Of a stretch of 64,000 nt of DNA, positions 39,381-52,430 are shown piece after piece. Under the pieces are notes generated by a model, which was not told where the DNA came from, did not search any database, and saw nothing but the letters and a program-made list of their open reading frames with translations. Numbering within the stretch: position 1 is the first letter of the stretch; every line of letters starts with the position of its first letter. The position numbers and the translations under genes were made by a program. This stretch comes from Narcine bancroftii (lineage: Eukaryota): NCBI RefSeq assembly GCF_036971445.1, contig NC_091473.1, forward strand, positions 205,282,001 through 205,346,000. The letters are read 5' to 3'.

Positions 39381-39670
39381 GGTTCCAATGGCGCCGATTC
39401 AAAGAACCAATATCCGCCTGAGCTTAGTGTTGAAGATTTACAAAATGTAACTGAACTACTGTTACGCGGCAGCACTATCTGATTTCAGCATCTTCTGATT
39501 CCCGCAGTATCCCGGAGAAATACCCGTCTATGTACCGAAGATTTAGCCCACTGCATACAGAGACTGGTTGCCTAAATTGACAGTTAGGTGTTTTGCTGTG
39601 TCTCAGAATTAAACTCCGTTGATACATTTGCTACATTGCTCCGACTTCATCTCAGCCGAGTATGAGTGTC
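39381..39670 (+). pseudogene. TCR V pseudogene (divergent), 3' end truncated by L1
   Basis: GSNGADSKNQYPPELSVEDLQNVT/LNYCYAAALSDFSIF*FPQYPGEIPVYVPKI*..RCFAVSQ aligns with subfamily A framework motifs. Confidence 0.7.
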
Positions 39671-42600
39671 TTTTTAAAAACAAACTTTATTTAATATTTT
39701 AAAAACAAGAACTTTAACAAAGTCCATAATATAAAAATGAAAACTACAACTATCCCACTCCATTCCACCCACCCTCAGCAAACCCCACAAGCGAAGCATT
39801 AAGAAAATAAAAAAAAAACATACATACAGCAGTTTAAGATATTACTAAATTCATACATTTCAAATAAGGCGACTACATCTTAACAACAAAGTCATAATTA
39901 TCATGCAAATTATATGTTATTTTCTCCACATAAATACAGGACCTCAACTCGTTATGCCAACGATTTACATATATCTCAACTTTGTCGTTTCAAGAAATCG
40001 CAACATATTTACATGCTATAACCAATGCTAAACATAAAAATGCAGTTTGAATCTTATCTATCCACAAATCCATAAATGGAGCAGTATAACAAAACAATTT
40101 TATTTGATTTAAGAAAAATTGGATTTTATACAAACTTTATGCCAAAATGATTGAATTTTATCACAAAGTCAAACGGAATGTATAAATGTTCTAAAACACG
40201 ACCCTGAATTACTAAATACATAATGTTTTCAATTTCGCAGGGGGTTAGATATAACTGATGGAAAAAATATAATTAATCATACTATATCTTACATTAAAGC
40301 ATCACACCATCAAAATACATCGACTCCCAATCGGCCTGATTAATATCACAAGTTAAAGCATTTTCCCATTTAATCCTTAATTTATCTATATTTATTTTAT
40401 CCATTGTTTCTTGTAACAACGCATACATCAAATAAATAAAAACCCTTATTTGAAAAATGAGAAATCATAAACTCAAATTTCATTAACTTAGAGTTTCATT
40501 TCTCTTCCAAAATTATCTTTCACTAACTCTCTAATTTGATAACAAACAAACAAAGAATTCACTGAAATTCCAAATTTCTCTCGACGTTGATTAAATGATA
40601 AAAGTTTACCCTCTTCAACAATCCTTCAACGACTTAATTTCATTAGTCTGCCATTCTTTTTGAAATCTATTATTCAATGTAAAAGTAATCAATTTATTTT
40701 GATATATTGGGGCTTGAATTGATACTTTACATTTTGAGCCGATTAATAAATTTTCATTAGTCCAAATCTCTAACAAATGTTTTAAAGTCGGTTCATTATA
40801 TCTCTGTAATAAAACAGAATTCCACTGAAATACAAATTTTTGTGAATAAGATTCAGATATACCAGCCATTCCTACCCTGACCCAACTAGGGGTACACGAA
40901 ACATCCAGCCGACGGTTAATAAATCTTAATTGAGCTGCTTCATAATAATTTTGAAAATGAGGTAATTGTAAACCTCCCAAAGCATATTTACAAGTCAATA
41001 TATGTATCGCTACTCTGGCTTATTTTCCCTTCCATAAAATTTCTCGAACTACTTTCTTTAAATCCTGAAAAAAGATTTCAAAAGTAAACAAGGAATCGAC
41101 TGGGAAAGATACTGAATTCGCAGAAAGATATTCATCTTAATACAAATTACTCGATCTATTAATGACAAATCTATTAATCCTTCCATTTTATAAAATCCAC
41201 GTTAATCTTTTGCATTAATGGTACATCGTTTAAATTATACAATGATTGAATATTGACATCAATCAGTATCCCTAAATACTTAATTTTATCAGTCCAACTG
41301 TTATAAGTAACTCGTCTACATTGGTCATAATTTCCCTCAGAATTTGGTAATATTTCACTTTTATCCCAATTCACTTTATATCCTGATAATTTACTATATT
41401 GTTCTAAATATTCTTGTAAGTAAATTAAAGATCCTTCCGGATTAGTTACATATATCAAATCGTCATCAGAAAAATAATTAATTAATCGTCTATTACCCTT
41501 ACACCTCTAATATTCTCATTCTGACTAATAGCTTGAGATAACGGTTCAATGACCAATGCAAATAGAGCTGGTGACTAAGTACAACCTTGACGAGTTGAAT
41601 GCAATAATTTAAGGAAAGAATTGGTTTGACCAGTTTTCGACAACCAAGCAATGGGATTATTATATAATGCCTTCATTCAACCAATAAAAAGGTCCAAAAT
41701 TATATTCCTCCAAAGCCTTAGATAGAAAATTCCATTAGACCCTATCAAAAGCTTTTTCAGCAACTGGAGCAACAACCATTGGTAGGTTAGATTGCTGATG
41801 TGAAGCGTTGGTCAGCGAAAATATTGTCAGAGGCACACCTATCCTGAATAAAACCAGCCTAATCAGCATGTACCAATTGTGGTAAATACTTAGCAAGTTT
41901 ACTCGCCAAAAATTTCGTTATTATTTTGTAATCTACATTTAATAAAGATATTTTCCGATATGAAGCTACATTCAAAGGATCTCTATTGTTTTTGGTATTA
42001 CCATTATTATTGCACTTAGACACGAGTCTCGTAAAGCTTTCACTTGCGTTACCCCATCAAGTACATCTATAAATAATGAAGACAAATTATCATAAAAATT
42101 TATAAAATTCAACAGCGAATGCATCATCTCCTGGAGATTTCCCGGTAGGCATTTTTTGAATAACATCCTTTATTTCTAAGTCTGTAAAAGTAGAATCCAG
42201 TTTCATCACATCACCTTCCCCTAATATTTGCAAATTTAATTCTGACAAAAAAGATTCAATGGAACCATCATCTCGAACCCCCTCAGAATCATATATTGAC
42301 TAGTAAAATGATAAAAATTGGTCATTGATTTCCTGAGGTTTAAAAGTAACTGGGCTATCCTTTGTAACAACATTAATAGTTCTCGATGCTATTGTTCTGT
42401 TTTCAATTGCCAGACTAAAACCTTATGGGCTCTGTCCCCAAATAATAATAACGTTGCTTAGATCTTTGAATCAAACTTGCAAATTGATATGTTTGTAGTG
42501 TATTATATCGTATCTTCAATTTAGTCAAAGCTTCCTTATTATCCTCCGTACAATTCCTCTGAAATTCTTTTTCCAAATCAACTATCTGTTTTTCCTGTGA

Positions 42601-44950
42601 CCCAGTCTTCACCAAAAATTTATTCTTTTCCTTTGATGCATAGCTAATAGTTTGACCACGTAAAATCGCCTTCAAAGCATCCCATAAAGTAAAATTACTC
42701 TGAACTGTATTCAAATCAAGAAAAGAAATAATTTGATCCTTAATGAATTTTACAAATTCCGTTTTTTTCAATAACATTGCATTAAACCTCCATGGAAAAA
42801 ATTGATTGAATTACTTCCGACCCAACACAAGAAATAAATAACCATGAATGATCAGAAATTATTGAACTCTTATATTCAGCTTGAATAAAACGACATTGCA
42901 AACGTGCCAATGCGAAAAAGAAATCAATTTTTGAAAATGAATCATGACGCGAAAAATAAACAGGAAAATCTTTTTCAGTAGGATTTAACCTTCTACAAAC
43001 CTCTATCATATTTAAGACTTTCATCAAAGATTGTGATTTTTTAAAGATTTTCTGAGATTTATCCAATAATGGATCTAATACACAATTGAAATCTCACCCA
43101 ATCAAAATATTTTCTTTAGCAGGACTTAGAGTTAAAAAAGCTTCAGGCACAAATTGTTCCAGGCGTTTTCTTGTGAATCAAAATCGCCACTGCTCTTGCT
43201 TTCGAATTGAAAGAAGATTTAATTAAATGACCAACCTAGTCTCTCTTCAATTTTAAATGTTATTTTTCAGTTAAATGAGTTTCCTGCAAAAAAGCAATAT
43301 CGACTTTCATTTTTTAATATAGACTAAAACACGTTTATGCTTAATAGAGTTATTTAAACCCTGCACATTAAATGTTGCAAAATTCAAACTAGACTTTGTT
43401 ATCAGAATAAAATAAAAAAACCCTCCTTCTATTTCTTCAATGCACAAAAACATCCTCTCCTTAATAAAGTTCCCCTTCCTAAATAGCTCCTAAATCAAAC
43501 AGCCACTAAACACTCCCCATACAAAATAAAGCTATCACCAAGAAATGTTTTTCTTGAAAAAACGTAGAAAGTACAAAAGTAGTAACTCCCCACTTAATTG
43601 GGTGTGGAAATAAATATAATACCCCCACAGGTGGCGGATGAATTTCAAAAGCTTCAGTGACATCCACACCCCCAACCGGACTTACAAAATTATAAGTCCA
43701 AGTCAGCTCACAACCGCAATGGATTCAATTCCAAGGATTTTTCTGGATCATCAATATCAATCAAACTCTTTGACATTTGCCTTCCTATTCCCATTTCCAT
43801 TCTTCGTATCAGGTGTCTCCGTCATAGGTAAAGAATGCCTTTCAGTAGCCCTGTCTGGCAAAGAATTAACAATAATTAAAGCATCATGATCACTCTCAAA
43901 ACACTGTGATTGGAAATTATCATAAAACTCTTCATAACTGCAGGTTTAGTGTATCTAAAAGAAAAGTTATATCCCTTCATTCAAAGCACTTCTTTAGCAG
44001 AGTTAAATTCTTTACGCCTTTTAATAATTTCTAGACTTAAATCCGGGTAAAAAAAAACCCTTATTTCCCTGTACCATTGACCGTGACTGATATTTATGTG
44101 CATTTTTGTCTGTGACTCTCAAAATAGTTTCCTTATCTTGATACCATAAACAACGAATCAAAATAGCTCATGGAGATTGACCTGGATATGGTTTGCTTCT
44201 TCAAGCTCTCTGTGCCCTATCTAATTCCAAACCATCTGGAACAAATTCCAATCCCAATGCTTCAGGGATTCAATAAAAAAATATTGGATCTGAACCCTCA
44301 ATTCCTTCCAGAATTCACTCTATATTGATATTATTCCGGCAGCTTTGGTTTTCCAAGGTGTCTATCTTCTTCAATAAGTCCTTCTTCTGAATTTTCCATC
44401 CAACAAAGGAATCTTCCACTTTTTCTATTTTTCTTTATTATGTTCCCTTTGTTCTATACAGTCTTGAAATGCACCTTACACTTCCTTAAAATTGTCTTGA
44501 ACTGTATCCAGCATATTCAAGTATCTTAACAGTAGAAACTTCTTCACAAATATTATTCATTATTTCAGACATGTTCATAAATCCATGATCAATCTGACTA
44601 GACATTTGTGTTGACATATTTCCCATATGATGAGCTATAGATTCCAAAATTTTAAAAACAGTATCAAATATAGTGTCACTAGTCTCTCCTTGAGTCCTAC
44701 CTTCTTTCACATCAGTTGCAATCAATGATTCTTCTTCCATTGCTTCAGTTTGAAAATAAGTTTTCCCTTGTTGTTCTTTTAATTCTATAAACGATTTTGG
44801 CACTTTGCTTCTGTTCTGCATGCCTACAGACCCAGTCCCGACATGATCAGCCCATTGCCTACCAACTTTGCTGACAACCCAAACTCTATCAAGAAGATCG
44901 CGGAACCGGGACGCACCGTGCATGCAGCGTCGGGACCCGTGCATGCGCGT
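39671..44950 (-). mobile_element. Near full-length degenerate L1/Tx1-like LINE (ORF1 about 43720-44950, ORF2 about 39830-43400)
   Basis: ORF2 pieces: endonuclease (SRHDSFSKIDFF..SDH), WDALKAILRG, SGYKVNWDKSE..IKYLGI, GGLQLPHFQNYYEAAQL. Poly(A) signal and tail at about 39671-39691. Confidence 0.9.
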
Positions 44951-44959
44951 CAGCAGTAT

Positions 44960-46310
44960 GTAAATTAATAGAAATTGTTCTTAGAGATGGTACATATAAC
45001 TACTTGGAAAGATAGGGATTGATTCGCTGTAGTCAGCATGGTTATGTTCATGGTACATCATATCTAACAAATCTTACAGAATTTTTAGAGGAGTTTACTA
45101 AAAAGGTTGATGAGGGGAAGGCATTGGATGTTGTCTTTTTGGACTATAGTAGGTTTTTGAAAAGGTACCCCATACGAGATTAATAAAGAAGGAACAAACA
45201 TTAGGTATTAATGATGAAATAGTATGATGGATTCAACAACGTTAGGATGGGTGGTGCCAGCGTGTAGTGGTGGGAAATTGTTGTTGAATTGGAGGCCGGG
45301 GACGAGTGGAGTGCCTCAGGGGACGAGTGGAGTCCACTGCTGTTTGTCATATATATTAACGATCGTGATGATAGGGTGGAAAATTGGCTTTGTAAATTTG
45401 CAGATGATACATAGGTTAGCGATATTTTGGACATCGAGAAGGATTATCAAAGATTACACGAGGACATAGGACTGTTAGAAAAGTGGGTTGAAAATAGCAG
45501 ATGGAAGTTAACACTGATAAATGTGATATGATATAGTTTAGTCGGGCTAATCAGAATAGGATATACACGTTAAATGATAGACAATTGAGAAGTGCAGTGG
45601 AGTAAAACGAGTTGGGAGTCATGGTACATAATACCCCGAAAGTGATATCACATATAGATAGGCTGGTGAAGAAGGCATTTATTATGTTGGCTTTCAAAAA
45701 TCAGAGTATTGAATACAGAAGTTGGGATGTTATGTTGAAATGTGTCAAGCATTGGTGAGGCTAAATTTGGAATAGTGGGTGCAGGTTTGGTCGCCGAATG
45801 ATAGGAAGAATATAAACAGTATAGAGAGAGTGCAGAGGAGGTTTTCGAGAATGTTTCCAGGGTTTGATGGGTGGAGTTACAGGGAAAGGTTGAACAGGTT
45901 GGGACTTTATTCCCTGGAGCATAGAAGATTGAGGGGTGATGTAATAGAAATGTTCAAAATTATATGGGGGTAAGAAGGACTCAATGTGGATAGGCTTTTT
46001 CGATTGTGTGTGGGAAAGATTCAAACAAGAGTGCATGGATTGAGAGTAAAAGTGTATAAATTTGGGGATACATGAGGTGGAATCTCTTCAGGCAGAGCAT
46101 GGTGGGGTATTGAATGAACTTCCAGCAGAGGTAGTAGAAGCAAGATCGTTGTTAATATTTAAGGATAAGTTGGATAACTATAAGGATGGAAGAGGTGTGG
46201 AGGGTTGTGGACCGAATGTGGGTTAGTGGAACGAGATGGGAAAAGATGTTCGGCACGGACGGGTAGGGCCGACCTGGCCTGTTTCTGTGCTGTAAATGGT
46301 TATATGGTCA
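44960..46310 (+). mobile_element. CR1 LINE 3' portion
   Basis: SGVPQG, KFADDT, and WSPNDRKNINSIERVQRRFSRMFPG..LGLYSLEHRRLRGDVIE. Confidence 0.9.
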
Positions 46311-47146
46311 AATCATAGGACAGCCTTGTACTGATTTCCTCGGTAGTTTTGTACAGATACATGCTGTGATGGCTTTTTCTAGTGTCAGCTTACGGCCTTG
46401 CAGGAGCACCTTCTGCTTACTATCGTCGCAAATGCAAGGAACCATTTTGCCTTTAGTTACTCACAGAGCGTGCCAAACTCGCAGGGTTTCGCCCTGATTT
46501 TTAAATCGCCGATGTCTGAGTGTATCGACTTGCGAGCCTTTTGATATCTTATGTTGAATTTGTGCCATTCCATTGTCATATATTTTGACGGTTGGAGATT
46601 TATCTAATTTATGCATTAAACACTCGGAGACTCACCCTGCAGGGGAAAGTTTCCATTACGCATTTGACTCACATATACAAATGACCTTTCCTTTTCAATG
46701 GCCTCCGTGCCCGCACAATTTAACACAATTTACGCTGTGGTGCTGACAGGCTTGTCCCTGTGTGCTTCCAATATAAATATGTCATATTCCTGTTCACAGA
46801 ATGTGCCAGTTGTTTGCCACTGTTCAATCAAATACGACTGCCTGAGGACATCTTAATCCGTTCGCCATTATGGCGACTGTGCATTACGTGGTTATTCCCT
46901 GCGGCTATGATTGGAAGTCTTCAGGCTTGGGACGCCTTTGTTCCCACTATGTTCGTTATTGCTTGATTAAAAACGAGTCCAGTCGGCTTGTGAGTCAAAC
47001 CAGACATAAGACTTTACTGAACACAACCAAATATGCTAGACATGCCAATACGCAATTCAACTCAAGCACCCTCTCGCATGCGCAGTGTGCTGTTGCGAAT
47101 ACCGTGGCTGCAATTCGATTTCATTGGGTGCAGAGCAACAGATAGC

Positions 47147-47390
47147 AGCGGCTGTCTCCAGCGTCGATTCTATTTCTCAGTCTCCATCTGAGGTGTGCCT
47201 GCCTTCTGTTACTTCCAGCACCCTGGACATGCGTCGAGATATATACAAAAATAATAAGCACTGGGGTGAAGACCAGTCTTTGAATTTCCGAGACCGGTTA
47301 TCTCCTGCTTATCAGAAAATCAATTGGCCGTTTCCTTTAACTATCTCCGACGACCTTGTCTCTGTGGAATGTTGCCCTCTTGACTAGGAA
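47147..47390 (+). pseudogene. TCR V relic, subfamily A (paralog of 1401-1600)
   Basis: AAVSSVDSISQSPSEV..FRDRLSPAYQKINWPFPLTISD, with the same internal deletion as the copy A relic. Confidence 0.8.
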
Positions 47391-49409
47391 ATGTTTATGG
47401 TTTTGGGTCAGGAACCTGCATCAATTATCAGAAAATGGAAGGGGTAGTGTTGCCATAAAGACGCAAATGGTTTTAGTGGGACAGGGTGTTATGTTTCTTG
47501 GATATACCATGTGTCGTTACTATGCAGATCGCAGCACTCATCGAATGTGCTTCACACCTTATTTCAACACAATTTTCCCAAAGCACCTTGCGTACTCCAC
47601 AACGTCAACTTTTACTTCACCAAACTACCGCCATGCAGAGTTTTATGCAGTTTTCTCTGGGGTCATTGCTGTGGAATAATTGTTGAGCAGCATGTTTATA
47701 CAAGCGCTTTACATATTGCTTCCAATCCAAGGCACGAGATAATTATTTCCGTCAGAACTTGCGACCAAGTAACCCAATATAAATATGTCCGATATTTAAA
47801 GAAAAACATTGCCTTGACACCCTGTTGCCCCGAATAGTGTAGAAATTTACAATCAGATATACAGGTCGTTGTTATTAAACCAGGATGATTCGAGGGATTT
47901 TATGCTCTCTGCCCCTTGACCACGGTAGAGGGAGCGGGAGCTATTAGCAGGTTTGGTCAATGCAGAGCATTTCAGACCATTGCATGCATCGAACATTTAT
48001 TTTAGAACTTCGGAAAAAGAAGGGACTGAAATCAATACAGTAACAGGGCTCCGGTAAGAAACGTTGTTTGTTTTTTATGATCGTGTGGGTTGGAGCATGA
48101 TGTTTCGTTCGAGAAATGGTGGGATCGTAAAAGAAACAATGAGATATCAAGGGAAAAGCGAGGGTGAGATCTTGCGAGGGAGAGACAGAGGCATAAAGAC
48201 ATATGAACAGAAGCAGCCGAGAAAGTAGTCAACGGACATTAAAGAAGAAGACATATAGACATAAGAGCATAGAAACATTGAATACCTCTTAACGTAACCA
48301 CTCCAATTAAAGTGTCCGACCCACACAAACCCAATTTGCAATTGTATGCACAATCAACTCATTAGGCATCTTGTTCTACACATCCACCACACTCTACACT
48401 TTCTTACCATTCACTGACCTGTTAAATACCTATTCCTTCGACCTGAGGGAGTGGTTCCCAATTTCCTTACTCTGAGGAAAAGACTGCATTTCCCCTGATG
48501 TATTCCTCTCCTGATTACGTGTACAACTGGAAAACATCGCCGACTGTCCTGGGTCCAATTAATAAAGTCATAGCCTCCTCAACCTCTCCATATAGCTCAG
48601 GAATCCGAGTCCTGGAAACATCCTGAGAAAATATTCTTTTCAACCTCACCGTATTGTCAACTTCTTTTCGATTACACGGTGACAAAACCATAGAACAACA
48701 ATCCAAATAGGACCGCATTAACAACTCATATAGCTGCAAAATTACCTTCCAACATCTCTACTCATTACTGGAACCGACGCAGGCAAATCGACGGAGAGCC
48801 TTGTGACGAGCATATCTAGCAGTGTAGTGATACTCTATCTTTATACCTCTGTCCGGCCATATTTATTGGATTCCTGCCATTCGATAGGTCATTCGATAGG
48901 TCATTACTACACTCAATCTCCGACACACAACACTTTTCTGAAATAAATTCCAACAACTATTCAACTTCCCACCAGTTCGATCTTTGAAGGTTCGACCGCA
49001 AACTTTTTCAAACTTCTTCACAATCTAAATTGCCAGACACCACGGTTTCATACGAAAATACGATACTCCTGCCACGAACATTTAAATCAAATCATTGGAA
49101 GAGATGTCAAATTGGATTAGTCCCAGTACGAAAGCCAACATACGAATTACATCCCCTGTGAGAGATTACAAACTGTTATATCTAACAGCCAATTTCATAC
49201 TGGAGGAACACCACTTGGCAAAAATAATATAAGCTCTTTCTGTATTTTATCGGACGTATTTTATGTGACAGGACATAGAACAAATATTAGAGTCTATCCG
49301 GTTTGTGTCTGGAGTTAAACTTTGTTAGTAACCTGTTGTCTCAATTTTAACTAGGGAGTTTATTCTTAAAAGGCTCATGTTGAAACCGTGATTTTGCTTT
49401 TCTGCCAGC

Positions 49410-49771
49410 TGCTGAATATGGAAACACTCTGATACCGGACCATATGGCTATGATTAAACGTCTCAGAATCGTCTGAGCTGACGCCAGAAGTGGAAGGATC
49501 TGTAACAATTACTTTGAAGTACACGACAGCACTTAGTCACGACTCTGTCATTTGGTACACCTGGTGATCCGAAGAATATATGAAGTACCTAGCGAAGATA
49601 TTCAAAACTGGATCAGCCGAGCGATTTATAGATTCTCCAGAGAGGTTTTCTGCTGTTTATCATCAGCAAATTTGGCTTTCTACTTCTTCTATCTTGACTT
49701 TGAGTCCGAGTGTTTCCATGTGCCATGAGATCCACACTGTGGCGGAGTATCAGCAGACACTTATAAAGACC
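49410..49771 (+). pseudogene. TCR V pseudogene, subfamily B, with 23-RSS
   Basis: SELTPEVEGSVTITLKYTTALSHDSVIWYTW*SEEYMKYLAKIFKTGSAERFIDSPERFSAVY. RSS CACACTG (49733) + 23 + ATAAAGACC. Confidence 0.82.
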
Positions 49772-50456
49772 AATACCATGTATTTCCAGGGATCTCTCAC
49801 AAAAGGGCAAACTAATCCGATAAACGGAAGTGAGCAGATGCAGACAATTTTCTTAGTTATCAGCAAATGCATTTCAAATCATATTTGTTTCAAAGAGATG
49901 AGTCTCAATCCTTTCAATTTTCCCCTTAGGTAATACTTCCACCACATTTGACTACTCACCCCACTTCCATACCTAGCACGAAACAATCAACACATTTCCT
50001 CTGGCGTTTGAACCTGGATGAGCATCATACTGAATATTTCTGCATGTCCATTTTGTTTTGGGATCAGAATGTATATCCCTGATTCTTCTAATCCTGTCAC
50101 ATTGTTGATAATAACAATGGAATAGATAGTTTGAGGTACAACATACTTTATGCCTGTTGTGAATCACTGAGGAAGTGTGATGCAGCGATGATGAGAAAAT
50201 GACNNNNNNNNNNNNNNNNNNNNNNNNNNNNNNNNNNNNNNNNNNNNNNNNNNNNNNNNNNNNNNNNNNNNNNNNNNNNNNNNNNNNNNNNNNNNNNNNN
50301 NNNNNNNNNNNNNNNNNNNNNNNNNNNNNNNNNNNNNNNNNNNNNNNNNNNNNNNNNNNNNNNNNNNNNNNNNNNNNGGGTGCGACAGTGAAAGAGAGGC
50401 AGTGAGAGGGAAAGTTATAAATAGAGAGTGTGTGAGAGAGAAAGAGACAGATAGAG

Positions 50457-50457
50457 A

Positions 50458-50528
<71 letters not shown>
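50457..50528. repeat. (GT)n(GA)n microsatellite
   Basis: Directly visible. Similar (GA)n/(CT)n tracts at 56104-56166, 58260-58440 and 26325-26360, mostly next to assembly gaps. Confidence 0.95.
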
Positions 50529-50531
<3 letters not shown>

Positions 50532-50643
50532 GTGCACGCCAGTGAGTGGAAAATGTGTGAACATGAATTGGGTGCTGTGAAACGCATAACGGATATTCAG
50601 AAATTTCTTCTGTTTTAAGTGGCCAGCAAATAGGGGACTGCAG

Positions 50644-50666
50644 AACCGCCCATATTCTCGTGTCAA
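50644..50666 (+). promoter_or_regulatory. Putative V promoter motif (GC box + CRE-like)
   Basis: AACCGCCCATATTCTCGTGTCAA upstream of the intact leader. Conserved in 4 subfamily A copies. Confidence 0.55.
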
Positions 50667-50723
50667 AAATAACCTGCGACTAATCAGTGTAGCATCAGAT
50701 ATCAAATGCGCGGCATTTACAGC

Positions 50724-51206
50724 ATGAAATCTCTATGCTCTTTCCCGCTTGTTTTGGAAGCCCTCACTATGTTGCCTCTATGGTTCACACTGATTATAAC
50801 GTCCTTGTTTCCTGGTAAGTCCCTGTTGAAATGAATCTGTTGCGTCCTGTGACTGTGGTTCACTTTCGAGCTTATCAAAGTCTCCTTGTTGTGTTGCAGG
50901 GGCCTTTGGCGACGAATCTATCTCCCAGTCTCCATTTGAGCTATGGGTGAAAGAAGGTCGAAGAGTAACACTTAAGTGCAGCTACCCCTCAAAGTTCAAT
51001 GACGATAATGCCTTTTGGTACATCCAGTATCCTGGACATGCTCCGACATATGTACTAAAAATATTAAGCACTGGGTTCGAACACAAGGCTCCAGAATTCC
51101 GCGATCGGTTTTCTGTTATTTATCAGAAAACAAGCCGAATGGTTCCTTTAACTATCTCCAGCGTTGTTTTATCCGACTCGGCCGTGTATTTCTGCGCGAT
51201 GTCACC
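50724..51206 (+). CDS. Intact TCR alpha/delta V gene segment, subfamily A; leader 50769-50814 (in-frame upstream ATG at 50724), V exon 50900-51206
   Basis: Leader MLPLWFTLIITSLFP-G and 85-nt phase-1 gtaag..ttgcag intron. V exon GAFGDESISQSPFELWVKEGRRVTLKCSY..WYIQYPGHAPTYVLKI..RFSVIYQKTSRMVPLTISSVVLSDSAVYFCAMSP. Confidence 0.93.
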
Positions 51207-51245
51207 CACAATGCAGCATAAATGCAGAAAATCCGTTCAATAACA
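51207..51245 (+). other. 23-RSS
   Basis: CACAATG + 23-nt spacer + TCAATAACA. Confidence 0.88.
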
Positions 51246-52124
51246 CTCCCTCGTAGAGATCGTGAACTGTCAGAAGGTGGCGCCATTACCTCCGCGAACA
51301 AGCAGACGTGGATGCTGTCACATGAGATTCTCTTGCACAAACAAAAGCGAAATAAACACCTCGCAGAATTCAATGGGCCAGGTTGCTTCTATGAGGTTGA
51401 TATTACACAAGAATGCACTGAATACAGGAAGCACAAGAGCCGTACAGACCCTGAAATAAGAGAGAAATGCTGGAATTCTCAAGAGATATATACTGTGAGG
51501 GGAGGGAAGAGTCAGTGAATGAGTGCATGAGAGAGAGAGAGAGCGAAAGCGAGATAAAACAGATGAATATATAGAGAAGGAGAGGGGCAGGTATAAAGAG
51601 AATAACTTGTTGCAAAATTTCTGATGAACAATTTTGAGAGAAAGTTGGGACATAAGGTTTCCTTCGAGAAATATCTGCTAAGGGGAGAGAAAATCAGCTA
51701 TCAATAGCAACAACAAGGTGGGAAGTTGCGAGGGCGAGAAAGAGACATGGAGGCAGATGGACCGACAGGGGTGGAAAAAACAGTCAAAGCACATAAAGAA
51801 ATAAAACATACAGGGACATAGGGCATGGAAACTATCCATACCTCTCAAATTATTCATGCCGTTCGAACTGTCCCACTCACACAAATACCACCTTCCAGTT
51901 TTTGGCGGAGGTCGTTCTAATCCCAACCTTTTATCCTTCTATTGTTCTGCAATATTGATTTCGGATGTACAACAACCACCAACTCAGAAACCTGTTCTCG
52001 ACACCTTCCACACTTCCTCAATAACCCGTTACATCAATCTTCCCTTACTTTAAACATCTGCTTACGAATTGGAACATCGAATAAATGTTCGTGTCTACCC
52101 AGGATGGCTCGGTGTTAAAGGCCA

Positions 52125-52430
52125 TAATGATCCTATTATCGTAATGAACATTTCAAAGTTTCCCGCTGAGTTTTTCCTTTAATTACTCCTGCAGAAACCC
52201 TAGTTTTGTTTCACTTCCAGCTACTACAAATTTTGCGATTTGTTGCACTATGGTCCAGAATTGTTTGAGCTGATGTGAGAAGAATAACGAGCTGTTACAC
52301 TGAACGGCAGTTACTCGGAGGCGGTCAATGATACTCTGTCATTTGCTACATCCTATAATTCAAAGGATAGTTGAAATATTTGAAAGGTCTTGTAAAGATT
52401 TTCGGCAGTGAGTTCTCTAGATTCTGGTAC
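52125..52430 (+). pseudogene. TCR V relic, subfamily B (paralog of 5430-5770)
   Basis: RAVTLNGSYSEAVNDTLSF/CYIL*, truncated by the same CR1 insertion as in copy A. Confidence 0.7.
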